Positions 49,117 to 60,000 of a DNA stretch of 60,000 bases are shown piece after piece. Made by a program: the position numbers and the translations under genes. The stretch spans positions 1,924,001 to 1,984,000 of the forward strand of contig NC_086109.1 of assembly GCF_963921235.1 (NCBI RefSeq), written 5' to 3'. This stretch comes from Mobula hypostoma. Taxonomy: Eukaryota. The stretch's first letter is position 1; each line of letters begins with the position of its first letter. The notes beneath the pieces were generated by a model. It saw nothing but the letters and a program-made list of their open reading frames with translations, searched no databases and was not told the DNA's origin.

Positions 49117-49984
49117 GTGAATGTCAGAGGGAGCAATTGGAATTTAGAGAGGCTGCCCAGACTGTTCAATAAGATAGTGCTGATGGAGTTTTATTTTGTG
49201 TGTAATCTGCGCCCTTTTACAAAAAAAAAAGTTTACATATGTTCACTGACTTTCATGAGAATGGTTCTCATTTTAAAACATGGATATCCCTGTCCAGGAC
49301 ACACTCCAGTCCCGGAATACCCACTGACCCAAGAAGACATGGTATGCTTCCTTCCCCAGGGACACCTGAGCATGGACATTTCCTCAGAAGAGGCACAGGC
49401 ATTTGGTTCAGTCAGAAACCTCGATAGCTCTTTGTCAGGAACTAGGAATTCCAGGCCGAGGGAGACAGACAACAGATTTTCCTCCTCACTGGGTTGACTC
49501 TTGCTGTCCTGTGCTGGCTCTTGGTCTGGGGGAGGTTTCTTCACCCCAGTCATCTGGGAGCTGTCCACACAAGACTTTAATCAACCTTTCTTCCCACACA
49601 GCTCTGGGAGATGTGGGCCATTCACCTGGGAGCGTGGAGGAAGTTCACTGGGGTTAAACAAAATCAGTGCATTTATAACCCCACCCCACAGATGTGTCAT
49701 CCTCTCCAAACTCCCTCAACATTGCTCTGCCAGACTGACATTATATAACAGAAGGAAAGCTTTTCCTTTTGTGCAAGAATAAACTGCTCTCTGTGTGCTC
49801 ACTCCCTCCACTGAGGCTGATGACAGTCTGGGCCCTCCCCACCTCCCCCTCTTTTCCATTGTCCCACACACTGACTGGCAGCAGCCCACATCTTTCCAAT
49901 TGTAAATTCAGCTGAGTATTTCTTTATAAATATGATTTTCATATTAACATACACACTCGCATTGCAATATGTACATAATTGAGG

Positions 49985-50520
49985 TTAACACATTGCCCTC
50001 TAGAGAGCCCATGTGCTCCTTCTCCTGGGACACGCGGGTATGGACACAACTCCAGAAGAAGGGCATTTGGCTCAGGGAAACCCTCAAGTGGCCACCACTT
50101 GGATCCGAAAATGGTCACCTTGGCCAGGCCCAAGAGCAGATCGATCTGGAGAATTCCCAAGTGACTCACCTGCCTTCGCATTGGGTGACCAAAGGTCACA
50201 AGGGTAGGGCTGAGGTGCAGCTGAACTTGAGGTACAGCGCCTTCAGATGGTTCAGTAGTCCTACAGCCTCCCACACTCCATATATACATGATACACTCTC
50301 TCCTCAAGGCTGCAGAAATGAGAGGTGGCTGGGGAGCCCATTAATTGACTTGGGAACCTGTCTCACAACATTCTCTTCTCCAGGCCCCAGTGGAAAGGGG
50401 GAGGACTCCTACATAAACACCTCCACTCCAGACACCAGAACGGACTGGCACAACGTGTCCAGTGTGAAAAACTGAAGAGTTTGCAGGAGCAGCCTGCAAA
50501 AGAAATACCTCTGCTCCTGG
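49985..50520 (-). mobile_element. Tx1/L1-clade LINE ORF2 C-terminal fragment
   Basis: YVGVLPL..W and LHLSPTLVTFGHPMRR...LLLGLAKVTI motifs. Confidence 0.65.
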
Positions 50521-50927
50521 AGAAATGTCACAGAGAGGCCAGATCTCAAGAACAACTTCTGAGCCTTGGTCTGATGAATAGTTCTGGCCATGGGTGGCAA
50601 TCTGGTCTGAATGACCCTCATTGATGAGCCCCCTCAACACCCGTTGTGACAGAACAGCCAGAGGCTTCAGCTATGAGTCTCATCCAATCCACTGCTTCAT
50701 CCATCCACCCATCCATGGAGCCAGAAAGTCTCTCACTGCTGGTGGAGGAACACTCTGAATGAAGGTGACCGTCCCAGTTCAGTACAACAGAGCAGGACAG
50801 CTGATATTTATTGCTGGGAGTCTTCCCGAGGGACAGTGTCTCTGGTAGATGCACCACACCACCAGTCTGGGAGGATGCCCAGTGTGAAGATAACCCTGCA
50901 GGGTCTGAAAGTGGAGTGTTTCAGCCT

Positions 50928-51062
50928 GCCCTGTCCTAGAGGTCTCTGTTGAGACATTGTAGATGGGTTTGACTCTGAATGTAACCCTAGTCTTCCCTGT
51001 CCTAGAGGTGTGTGTTGGGACATTGTAGAGGGTTTGACTGTCTATAAACCCAGGTCTCCCTG
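50928..51062. repeat. Two copies of a ~68 bp minisatellite unit
   Basis: ccctgtcctagaggt..tgttg.gacattgtaga.ggtttgact x2. Confidence 0.75.
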
Positions 51063-51199
51063 GCGTGGGAACCCATAATGATGGGCCCACAGATGTTGGA
51101 AACTCATGAAACTGAGGAAGGTCATGTGGCCCATTGTGAACCAGTTCTGAAATTACTGAATCACCAGAAGATTTCAGCAAATGTGGCTCTTCAGCCTGT

Positions 51200-51427
51200 C
51201 AATTCCTGCTAACTTCATGCTGTATCAGTCCAGCTCATTTCACCTATTCACACCTCTCTCTCTCTCCCATTCAGTGAGAGAGTGACTGGTCCTATTCATG
51301 CAGAGTTTGATCTGTGTGAAGACCATCATGGCCTCCACCACCCCTCCCAACACATGACAATGTTTTCCCTGGAGTACACTCCCCACTTCCCTCTCACCGT
51401 TCGGTCTAGTACTTTCTGCGGCTCTTG
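51200..51427 (+). other. Candidate promoter and leader exon remnant for the 53812 V exon
   Basis: Hydrophobic ...FGLVLSAAL ending G|gtatcg in phase 1; ATG at 51360 is 1 nt out of frame. Confidence 0.25.
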
Positions 51428-52378
51428 GTATCGTCTTCTCTGCCCAGAGACAGAGATCCTTTCTGTTTAGTCAGGGACCCTCATCGTTTCACCACCCTAT
51501 TAAATCTGACCTCAGCCTCTGTTCTCTCATTCTGCCATGACCCCTCCATCAACCTTCCCCAGCCCTGTTCCATCCACAGAGCTCTCTTGTCCTGCCTCAG
51601 CTCTGACCATCCCCACTCAGACATTCATTATCCCCGTTCACAGATCTGGGATCCTGATCAACAAATGCAGAGATACAGATTGCCTCACCCTCTTGTCATT
51701 CCTCATTCAAAGATCTGTGGGCAAGTTCCCTTTGTCCCTCCACACCACTTACACTCTCCCATTCATCCCACCTTCCCCAAACAGTACCCCCACCGCATCC
51801 CTGGACGGGGTCCAATTTGTCGTGTCTGTGCCCCACCACCCCCAGCTCTGCCCCCTCTATTGATATCTGGCTGCAAGTTGCAACTTCCTTCCTCAGGACC
51901 GGGTGCAAGAAGTCTTCACTCTTCCCTGTGTGGGCTCACTGTGGCCCAGCTCTCTCACTGGGCTGGGACCCAGAGAATGTGCCAGCAGACTCCCCTCAAG
52001 CCATCAGGCTAATCTACACGTCCACCGATAAACCCACCACCATTATGTTGTAACTTCCTGTCAGAGTAACATAATGTACAGATATTCCACTACCTATTGT
52101 CACTTTATGAACATGCAATCAGTTTACGTACATCAGCTACTCTTATGTAGGATTTTGGCCCAAAATGTCAACCGTTTATTCATTTCCATAGATGCTGCCT
52201 GACTTGCTGAGTTCCTCCAGCATTTTGTATTTTGCTTTGGATTTCCAGCATCCGCTGCCTGTCTCGTGTCTATATTTACTGTTTTGTTTATGCTTCATGT
52301 TTTTTTTATGCTACATCAGATCCAGTAACAATTATTTTGTTCTCCGTTACACTTGTGTACTGAAGTGTGACAATAAAC

Positions 52379-53703
52379 TGTCATGGTCCGGATCGGGGTC
52401 CCTTTAAATTTACTTTGTTTATGTTACGATCTGGACTATTGACTCCCTGTTTCCCTTTGGTTCCCTGTTTTCCCGTGTCCCTCGGCTTTGCTGATTGGAG
52501 GCAATTTACGCTCGACTGAACCAGTAGTTTATAGTCTCCGGCTTTCAGCCGTTCAGTGCGGGAGCGTTTGCAAAGTTACCAAGGTACAGCGTGCGAATGT
52601 CGTCTGGCCGCAGCAAACCTAGTCTCCGCCCGAAGCGAGTGCCAGTAATTCACCTTTCCTCACCGGAGCAACCCTGTCAAGTTACCTTGCCAAAGCGAGC
52701 CTGCAAAGTTTCCTCATCGAGGTGGGTCCATCAGTTAACCCGCCGGAGGGAATCAAGAACCATTGTCCACTGTTTCCGGGCCGAGTCAAGAACTCGTCAC
52801 TACCCAGAGGCTCCAAGTCAAGTCTGGCTCCAGGGGCATCCGAGTTCGGAGTCGAGTCCCGGCCCTGGCGGCATCCGAGTTCGGAGTCGAGTCCCGGCCC
52901 TGGCGGCATCTGAGTTTGGAGTCGAGTCCCGGTCCTGGCGGCATCCGAGTTCGGAGTCGAGTCCCGGCCCTGGCGTTCTGTGATTCCTGTCCTACCCCCC
53001 TGTCTGAATCCCTTTTCTGTCCCTCTCGCCTCTCGCCCTTGTCTGCAGCCCTCGCCTGCACCTCGGTCCAGTTCTATCGCCAGAGCTAGATAGGTACTGT
53101 CTGGTGTTCTTTCGTGTTGGTCTCAACTTGTCCTCGCCTCCATGGGGTAAGTATGACCACTTTGCCGTTGCCCCACAGGGGGTCATGTCTTGTCATATCT
53201 TGTCCTCACCTCCGTGGGATAAGTCAGGCCGTCTTGCCGTTGCCCCATGGGGGTGTCATGAGTCCCGGCCCTATGTCCTGTACCCAAGGAGGGGTCCTGA
53301 CTCTGTGTTCTGTGTATGTGTCCATGGTTCCATGAGCCTGCTCTCCCAAGACTGAGGCTCTGTGTTCCCATGTTCCTCCTCTCCCTAGCCCCTGTCATGT
53401 CCATGCCTGGTTCTGGGGTCCGAGCCCGTGGCAAGACCCAGGTACTGGGTCCTTGCCCAGTCTCTGGCTTGGAGTCCATACCCTAGCCTCTTCATGTCTC
53501 CTCTAGTTCTGGGATCCAATTCCGAGTCCAAGCCTAGACCCCTAGTCCCAGCCTAGTTGTAGTCCTGAGTCCTTGTCCGGTTCGCTATTCCTGCTCCTGC
53601 TTTGCTCTCCTGGTATCGAACAATAAACTCAATTTAATTAACCTCACAAGATGTGTCTTGCATTTGGGTCCACCGTTGCTCCCAATGCCCCACCATTGTG
53701 ACA
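52379..53703 (+). mobile_element. Solo LTR (same family as 2703-4182)
   Basis: TG...CA termini; perfect 5 bp TSD TAAAC (52374-52378 and 53704-53708); aataaa near 53621. Confidence 0.92.
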
Positions 53704-53811
53704 TAAACAACCTCGGATTTGAATCCTGAAACTTGAAATGGCTGCTCCTGTGTCTGTGATTCCTCAGCACTAATTCCTCCTCCTGATAACTGTTTTCACT
53801 TGTCTCCTCAG

Positions 53812-54120
53812 ATGAGATTCGCGTCCTGAAACGTGACCTCAGAGAAGTGGCTTGGTTAACTTTTGAGAGCCCAAAAGCAGCAAACATTACCAATGTTGTG
53901 TGGAGAACCTTATCAGACTCAACCAGGATAGCAGAATGCATGAATGGGAAATTGATACATCTCGCTACTGAAAAGTACAGGAAACGGATAGATTGTCATC
54001 CAAGGGACTGTAGTTTAACAATCCATTATCTACAGAAAGAGGACACTGATGTTTATGAGGTGAATGTAACAACAAGTTCAGGAACATTGCCTACGACTAA
54101 AATACGACTGGAGGTGTACG
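53812..54120 (+). CDS. CD2/SLAM-type IgV exon, intact (phase 1-1)
   Basis: Acceptor cacttgtctcctcag|, donor G|gtgagt; 309 nt; ITNVVW...SLTIHYLQKEDTDVYEVNV...IRLEVY; lacks the canonical B-F disulfide, as CD2-family V domains do. Confidence 0.9.
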
Positions 54121-54454
54121 GTGAGTGAAACACTGCAGAGGGGCCCGGGTTTCATCAGTTCCTGAAACACCCCAAATTAATGGGTGAGGGCAGATCCTGT
54201 GTGTTCCCCTGTTTTCTAAACCCCACTGACTGCCCGTGTCCAGAGCTGGGCTCACGGTCCCAGTGTAGTGGGGTTGAGACAGTGTGAGTCTGGAGGACAC
54301 ACTCACCACATCCCCAGAGACTGGACCAGAGGCTGTGAAGCATCAAACTGTCAATGGGGAACCTCGTGACTCTGAGGCTGGAGGAGCTGAGTACATATGG
54401 AGTGGAAAACAGAGCAATAGCCAATGGGGTGGGAGGGGCTGTTGTGCATGGGCC

Positions 54455-54640
54455 AAATAGTCTATATCTGTGGGTCACGGTTAAACGGATCCCACAGTAT
54501 CTCCAGGTCAAAGGTGTGGTCTGTCATGTTCAGGGATCCCAGTTCTGTCTATTTCTCAGAGCACTGCTTGCTAATGGCCCGGACTGCGGTCTGAGCTCAG
54601 CAAAGTACACAGATACAAGAGCACACCCACACCCAGCATA
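54455..54640 (+). repeat. Locus-specific non-coding block, copy D (internally deleted)
   Basis: gtcatgttcagggatccc...gcactgcttg...ggtctgagctcagcaaag matches copy C; ~350 bp after the V donor. Confidence 0.75.
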
Positions 54641-54644
54641 ACAG

Positions 54645-54830
54645 AATCACAAGCAAGAGAAAATCTGCAGATGCTGGACATCCGAGCAACACACACAAAA
54701 TGCTGGAGGAACTCAGCAGGACAGGCAGCACCAAGGGGAAAAAAGTACAGTCGACATTTCAGGCCAAAACCCTTTGGCAGTCCTTTGAAGGGTCAGGACC
54801 TATAACATCGACTGTTTACTCTTTTCCATA
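54645..54830. mobile_element. Penelope-like pseudo-LTR fragment with local palindrome
   Basis: ctgcagatgctgg..caaaatgctggaggaactcagcagg; cagtcgac...tcgactg inverted ends. Confidence 0.6.
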
Positions 54831-55029
54831 CATTTGATTTTTTATTTGTTAATTGAAGGGTAAAATGAAATACAGTATAACAAAGTAAATCTTTCATGTT
54901 TCAAAACTTTTTCTAGCTGCATCCAATTCCTGCTGCATGGCAACAAAGGCTATGTGCATGAGAGCATTTCAGTTATTGCGCAGCCATGCACCTGTGCAGT
55001 TTTAGAGGGAACAGTGCTGACGTGATAAT

Positions 55030-58000
55030 AAGCTGTCACTTTTGCTCAGTGTGACTTTACCCTTCCCCACGGAGCCTCACAGTGGTCACAGTGCCACCCG
55101 CCTGGCTGCTGCTGTGGCCTGAAAGGTCATTTCCCCACCTACCCCCAGCAGCAGCGTCCAAAGGGAAGTACTTGTTGCTGCTCTCTCTACCTTTCCTGGT
55201 GTTCACCAACCCATCTGCAGTGTACCTGTGACTACTGCACAGAAACTGTTATCGATGATGCTCTCAGCATCCTGGATGGCCCTGAATATATCCTCCTTCA
55301 GTTCCAGCAACTTAGCATGGTCAGTCAGGAGCTGCATAGTTCAAGGGATTGGCTATCATGTCTGTGGACCCAGCAGCCGACTTCATCCCCCAACCCCAAA
55401 TGGTCTCTGCACCTCAAGACCACCCTTCAACTTAGTGAGAGTATTTCCTCCTTCCCTGAGGGGTATAGAGGCTCAGACACTCTATCAAACAGGAAGTCAC
55501 CACCTCCAACACTCCATCCTCCTGCCTGACTCCCCCAGCCTTGGAACAGGTGGACTTCCCAGGGTCAGGCCCAGGGAAAGGGCAGTACTGGAGATGGTGG
55601 CCAGGTAATGTGAATGGAAGTGTTCAGTTACCCTCTGCACCTTCCTTCCACCCAAAAATTCCCCTCCCTCCTTACCCGCTGCTGATCCGCACCTACTGCC
55701 TCGGGAGTGGGTTAGAGGCCAGGCATAACAGTACTATCCCAGTGGCACCAAGCGCAGCCTGAGGGCTGGGACACACAGCTATCTGTCACTGGGAAGCAAA
55801 CAATGAACTGCCCGTCAGTAACCTCCTTCCACATCAGCTTGCGGTAGAAAGAGGAGACGTGGCTGCTGTGCTGACGATTGAGTGGGAATGGGGTGATCTC
55901 CAGCAGCACCTCCCTGAAGATGCAGATGGTAGAGGAGCTCATGGGGAATAGAACCTTAGAACCACAGCACAGAAAACAGGCCATTCGGCCCTTCTAGTCT
56001 CTGCTGAAACATTATTCCGTTAGTCCCATTGACCTGCATCCAGTCCATAACCCTCCAGACTCTCCCATTCATGTACCTGTCCAACTTATTCTTAAAACTT
56101 AAGACTGAGCCTGCATTTACCATGTCAGATGGCAGATTAGAAAGCTGCTGGAGACCTCAAGTGTGTCCACCAACAGAAATATCTCATCCACAGTGAGTCC
56201 TTTAGAGTCATTGTCGAAGAGAAATACAGCACAGAAACCGGCCCTTCGGTCCATCTAATCCATGCTGAAACCATTGTAATTGCCTACTCGCAATGACCTG
56301 CACTGACATCATTGCCCTCCATATCCCGGCTATCCATATACCTACCTATCCAATTTTCTCTTAAACATTGAAATCGAGCTTGCATGGACCACTTGCACTG
56401 GCAGCTCATTCCACAATCTTGTGACCCTCTGAGTGAAGAAGTTTCCCTTCTTGTTTGCCTTAAACTTCTCACTTTCAACCTTAACCAATGATCTCTGGTG
56501 GGAGTCCTACCCAACGTCAGTGGAAAAAGCCTTTGTATTGCCCCTATTATACCCTCATAATTTTGTATACCTTTATAAATCTCCTCCCAATTGTCTACAT
56601 TCTAAAGAAAACAGTTGTGATCTATTCAATCTTTCCTTATAACCCAGGTCCTCCCGACCCGGCAACAGCCTTGTAAATATTCTATTCACTCTTTCAACCC
56701 TGTTTACATCCTTCCTGGAGGTAGGTGACAAACTCCATTCAATGCTCCAAATTAGGCCTCACCGATGTCTTATACAACTTCGTCATAACATCTCATCTTC
56801 TGAAGGCCAATGTGCCAAAAGCTTTCTTTATGACCCCATCTATGATGTCATTTTCAATGAATTATGAATCTGTATTCCCAGATCCCTTTGTTCTACCACA
56901 GTCCTCAGTGCCCTACCATTCACTGCGTAAGACCTGCTGTTGGTCCTACTGAAATGCCAAACCTCGTACTTGTCTGTCTTAAATTCCATCTGCCATTCTT
57001 CGGTCCATTTTTCCAGCTGATACAGATCACTTTGCAATCCATGATATCTTTCCTCACTGTCCACTACACCCCAAAACTGTGTCATCCACAAATTTGCTGA
57101 TCTAGTTATCCACATGATTATTTAGATCATTGCTACAGATGGCAAACAACAAAGGACCCAGCATTGACACCACTAGTTACAGGCCTCCAGTCCGAGAGGG
57201 AACATTCTACTACCACTTTCTGGCTTCTTCCACAAAGCCAATGTCTAATCCAATTTACTCTCTCATCCTGAATGCCAAGCAACAGATCCTTCTTGACCAG
57301 ACACTCATGTCGGATCTTGTCAAATGCCTTTCTAAAATCTATGCAGACAACATCTGCTACCTTGCCTTCATCCACTTTCCCGGTAACTTCCTCGATAAAA
57401 ACTTACAAGATTAATTAGACACGACATACCACGTACAAAGCCATGCTGGCTATCCTTAATCAGTCCATATCTATCCATTACTGATATATCTGGTCCCTCA
57501 GAGCCTTTTTTAAACAGTGAAACACCATTGGCTATCCTCCAATCCTTTGGTACCACTCCTATAGTTAAGGGTGATTTAAATATCTCTGATCGGCCCCTGG
57601 AAATTTCTGCACTTGGCTTCCACAGGATCCGAGGGAACACCTTGTCAGGTGCTGTGGATTTATCCACGCTGATTTGTCTCAGGGTGGCAAACACGTCCTG
57701 CTCTGTAATCTGTGGAGGATCCATGAAGTTGCCACTATGGCTCACTTCTGTAGACTCTGTATCCACCCCCTGAGTAAATACAGATGCAAAGAATGCATTT
57801 CCCATCTCCCCATCTGTTCTGGCTCCACACATGGACTACCATTCATGTCTTCCAGCAAACCAATGTTGTCCCTAGCAATCCTTTTGCTCTTAACATACCT
57901 GTAGAATCCTTTAGGATTCTCCTTCACCTTGTCTGCGAGAGCAACTTCAAACCTTACTTTAGTCTTTCTAATTTCTTTCTAAAGCCTCCCCTTGCATTTC

Positions 58001-59100
58001 TTGTGTTTCATGAGCACCTCATTTGTTCATACTTGCCTATGCCTGCTATATACCCCCTTTTATCTCTGAAACGGGGGCTCAAGATCTCTTGTAAACCAAA
58101 GTTCCCGATGCATGCTATTAATTCATGCATGCACCTTTTATTCTGACAGGCATATAAAATCTCTATTCTGAAAATTTCATTTTTGAAGGCCTTCTACTTT
58201 CCAAGTACACCTTTGTCAGAAACAGCCTGTCCCAAACCACACTTGCCAGATCATTTCTGATACCATTAAAATTGGCCTGTCTCTAATTTAGGATCTCAAC
58301 TCACAGACCAGATCTATCTCTTTGTATCATACACAAAATGCTGGAGGAACAGGCAGCACCTAAAGAAAACAGTACCATCGACCCTGAGGGTCTCGGCCTG
58401 AAATGTCAGCTGTACTCTTTTCCATAGATGCTGCCTGGCCAGCTAAGTTCCTCTAGCATTTTGTGGGTGTTGCTTGGATTTCCAGCATCTGCAGATTTTC
58501 TCTTGTTTGTGATTGGACTACCTCTTTGTATATTCACTTTGAAACTAATGTCATTGTCGTCACTAGATACAAAGAGTTCCTCTGCACCAACTTCTGTCAT
58601 CTGCCCTGTCTCATTTCCTAATAGCAGACTAAGCATCAGCAACTCTCGTTGGGACTTCTACACACTGACGAAGGAAACTTTCCTGAATACATTTAACCAA
58701 CTCTATCCCATCTCGTCCTTTTACAGTATGGGATTCCCAGCCATTATGTGGAAAGTTTAAAATCACCAACTATAACAACCTTATGTTTCTGGCAACAGTC
58801 TGCGAGCTCTCTATAAATTTGTTCCTCTAAATCCTGTGGACTATTGGGTTGTTTGTAATTTAGCCCCATTAACATGGTCATTCCTTTTTGATTTCTCAGT
58901 TCCAGCCGTAACGCCTCACTAGTCGTGTTCTCCTGTCAATCTGCGGTGATATTCTCTCTGACTAGTAATGCCAGCCCTCCTCCTTTAATCCCTCCCGCTC
59001 TGTCACATCTAAAACAACGGAACCCCGGAATATTGAGCTGCCAGTCTTGCCCCTCCTGCAATCATGTCTTCCAAATGGCTACAATGTCCTAATTACAGGT
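55030..59100 (-). mobile_element. Old CR1 copies (ORF1 fragment, 3' tail, and degenerate ORF2 56220-59100 with a Penelope insert at 58330-58515)
   Basis: ENPKGFYRY, DFRKAFDK, DWRPVTSGV, WQMEF motifs on the minus strand. Confidence 0.85.
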
Positions 59101-59369
59101 GTTCTCCTGATGGCAAGCAACATAATCCACTCGATTGTCAGGCTGAGCTCGGTCTAACCCTACATTTCCAATGCTGTGACAGTTGCAAAAGAGACAGCAA
59201 TCTCAACCATTCCCTTTAAACAGACTTTGAGGTTCATGTTGGTGTGACCATAGTTTCTCTCCACACTCTTCCATAGCAGTTTGAACAGCGACTGTGCAAT
59301 ATGAATGAATGAAGCTGCAATGTTACTGGGTGTCTGATAATCACTCACTGGAGAAAGCGAGGTATCCAT

Positions 59370-59910
59370 TGTGTCCACAGTGGTGTAACTGTGGGAACGT
59401 CCCACCACCAGAAAGACTGATCTGTCCACCAGGCCCACAGTGGTGTAACTGTGGGAATATTCCACCTCTGGAGACAATGAATTGTCCAGCAGGCACACAG
59501 TGGTCTAACAATGGAATGGTAGCACCACCAGTGAGAGATATCCATCAGGTCCACAGTGGTAATGGTGGGAACGTCCCACCACCAGAAAGAATGATCTGTC
59601 CACCAGGTCCACAGTAGTATAACTGTGAGATCGTCCCACGTCAGAGAGAATGATCTGTCCCCCAGGCCCACAGTGGTGTAACTGTGGGAACATCCTACCA
59701 CCAGAGAGAATGAACTGTTCCCCAGGCCCACAGTGGTGTAACAATGGAATGGTACCACCACCGGTGAGAGATATCCATCAGGTCCACAGTAGTAATTGTG
59801 GGAGGGTCCCACCACCAGAGAATATAAGCCGTCCGCCATGTCCACAGTGATGTAACTATGGGAGTGTCCCACCAGTGGTGAGAATGCAATGACCATCAGG
59901 TCCACAGACA
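59370..59910. repeat. ~59 bp minisatellite, 10 units, with a 233 bp higher-order duplication
   Basis: Unit anchors (c/a)cacag at 59375, 59435, 59495, 59551, 59609, 59668, 59728, 59784, 59842, 59902. Confidence 0.9.
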
Positions 59911-60000
59911 TTAGGAGATACAACCACAGTACAATCCAGTAACAACAGCACAGCGGGGGAAGAGATAAATTATTGTGGGGCAGGGAGTGGAAGTGTGGGT

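Noticed and set aside
49600..49660. TM exon after the C2 exon (acceptor-like ttcccacacag)
   Set aside because: No hydrophobic stretch; the phase-1 frame stops early
53812..54120. Rearranging Ig/TCR/IgNAR V segment (also 33597-33916)
   Set aside because: No canonical Cys pair or YYC, includes its own G strand, and ends in a splice donor rather than an RSS
59309..59923. Cys/Pro-rich repeat protein (PQWCNCGNVPPPER)
   Set aside because: Unit lengths of 56, 58 and 59 bp break the frame; no splice context

Overview
Eukaryotic, repeat-saturated vertebrate DNA. The repeat spectrum (many CR1 LINEs with short tandem 3' tails, Rex1/Babar LINEs, an HE1/V-type SINE, Penelope-like fragments, Tf1/sushi-type LTRs) points to a cartilaginous fish, probably a ray (inference). 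Most of the window is decayed retroelement sequence, and almost all ORFs in the supplied track are TE fragments or spurious. Between the repeats lie remnants of a CD2/SLAM-family immunoglobulin receptor cluster undergoing birth-and-death. On the minus strand is a gene model IgV (33916-33597, 1-nt frameshift) -> TM (from 28873) -> three cytoplasmic exons, one carrying TIYAQA, a one-base variant of the SLAM ITSM TIYAQV. On the plus strand are a V-exon remnant (39200), an IgC2 exon (48850-49116) and an intact IgV exon (53812-54120). A non-coding block downstream of V exons occurs four times and suggests a fourth, deleted paralogue. About 80 bp past the minus-strand gene is a ~5.3 kb array of a fixed core plus (TG)n plus poly-G (~120 units, with higher-order duplication); it looks CRISPR-like but is not. 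Also present: a sushi-type LTR with an apparent self-priming site, decayed minimal hammerhead ribozyme motifs in Penelope repeats, and a young CR1 with an uninterrupted RT frame. TE boundaries are approximate; exon boundaries were read from splice signals and phase.
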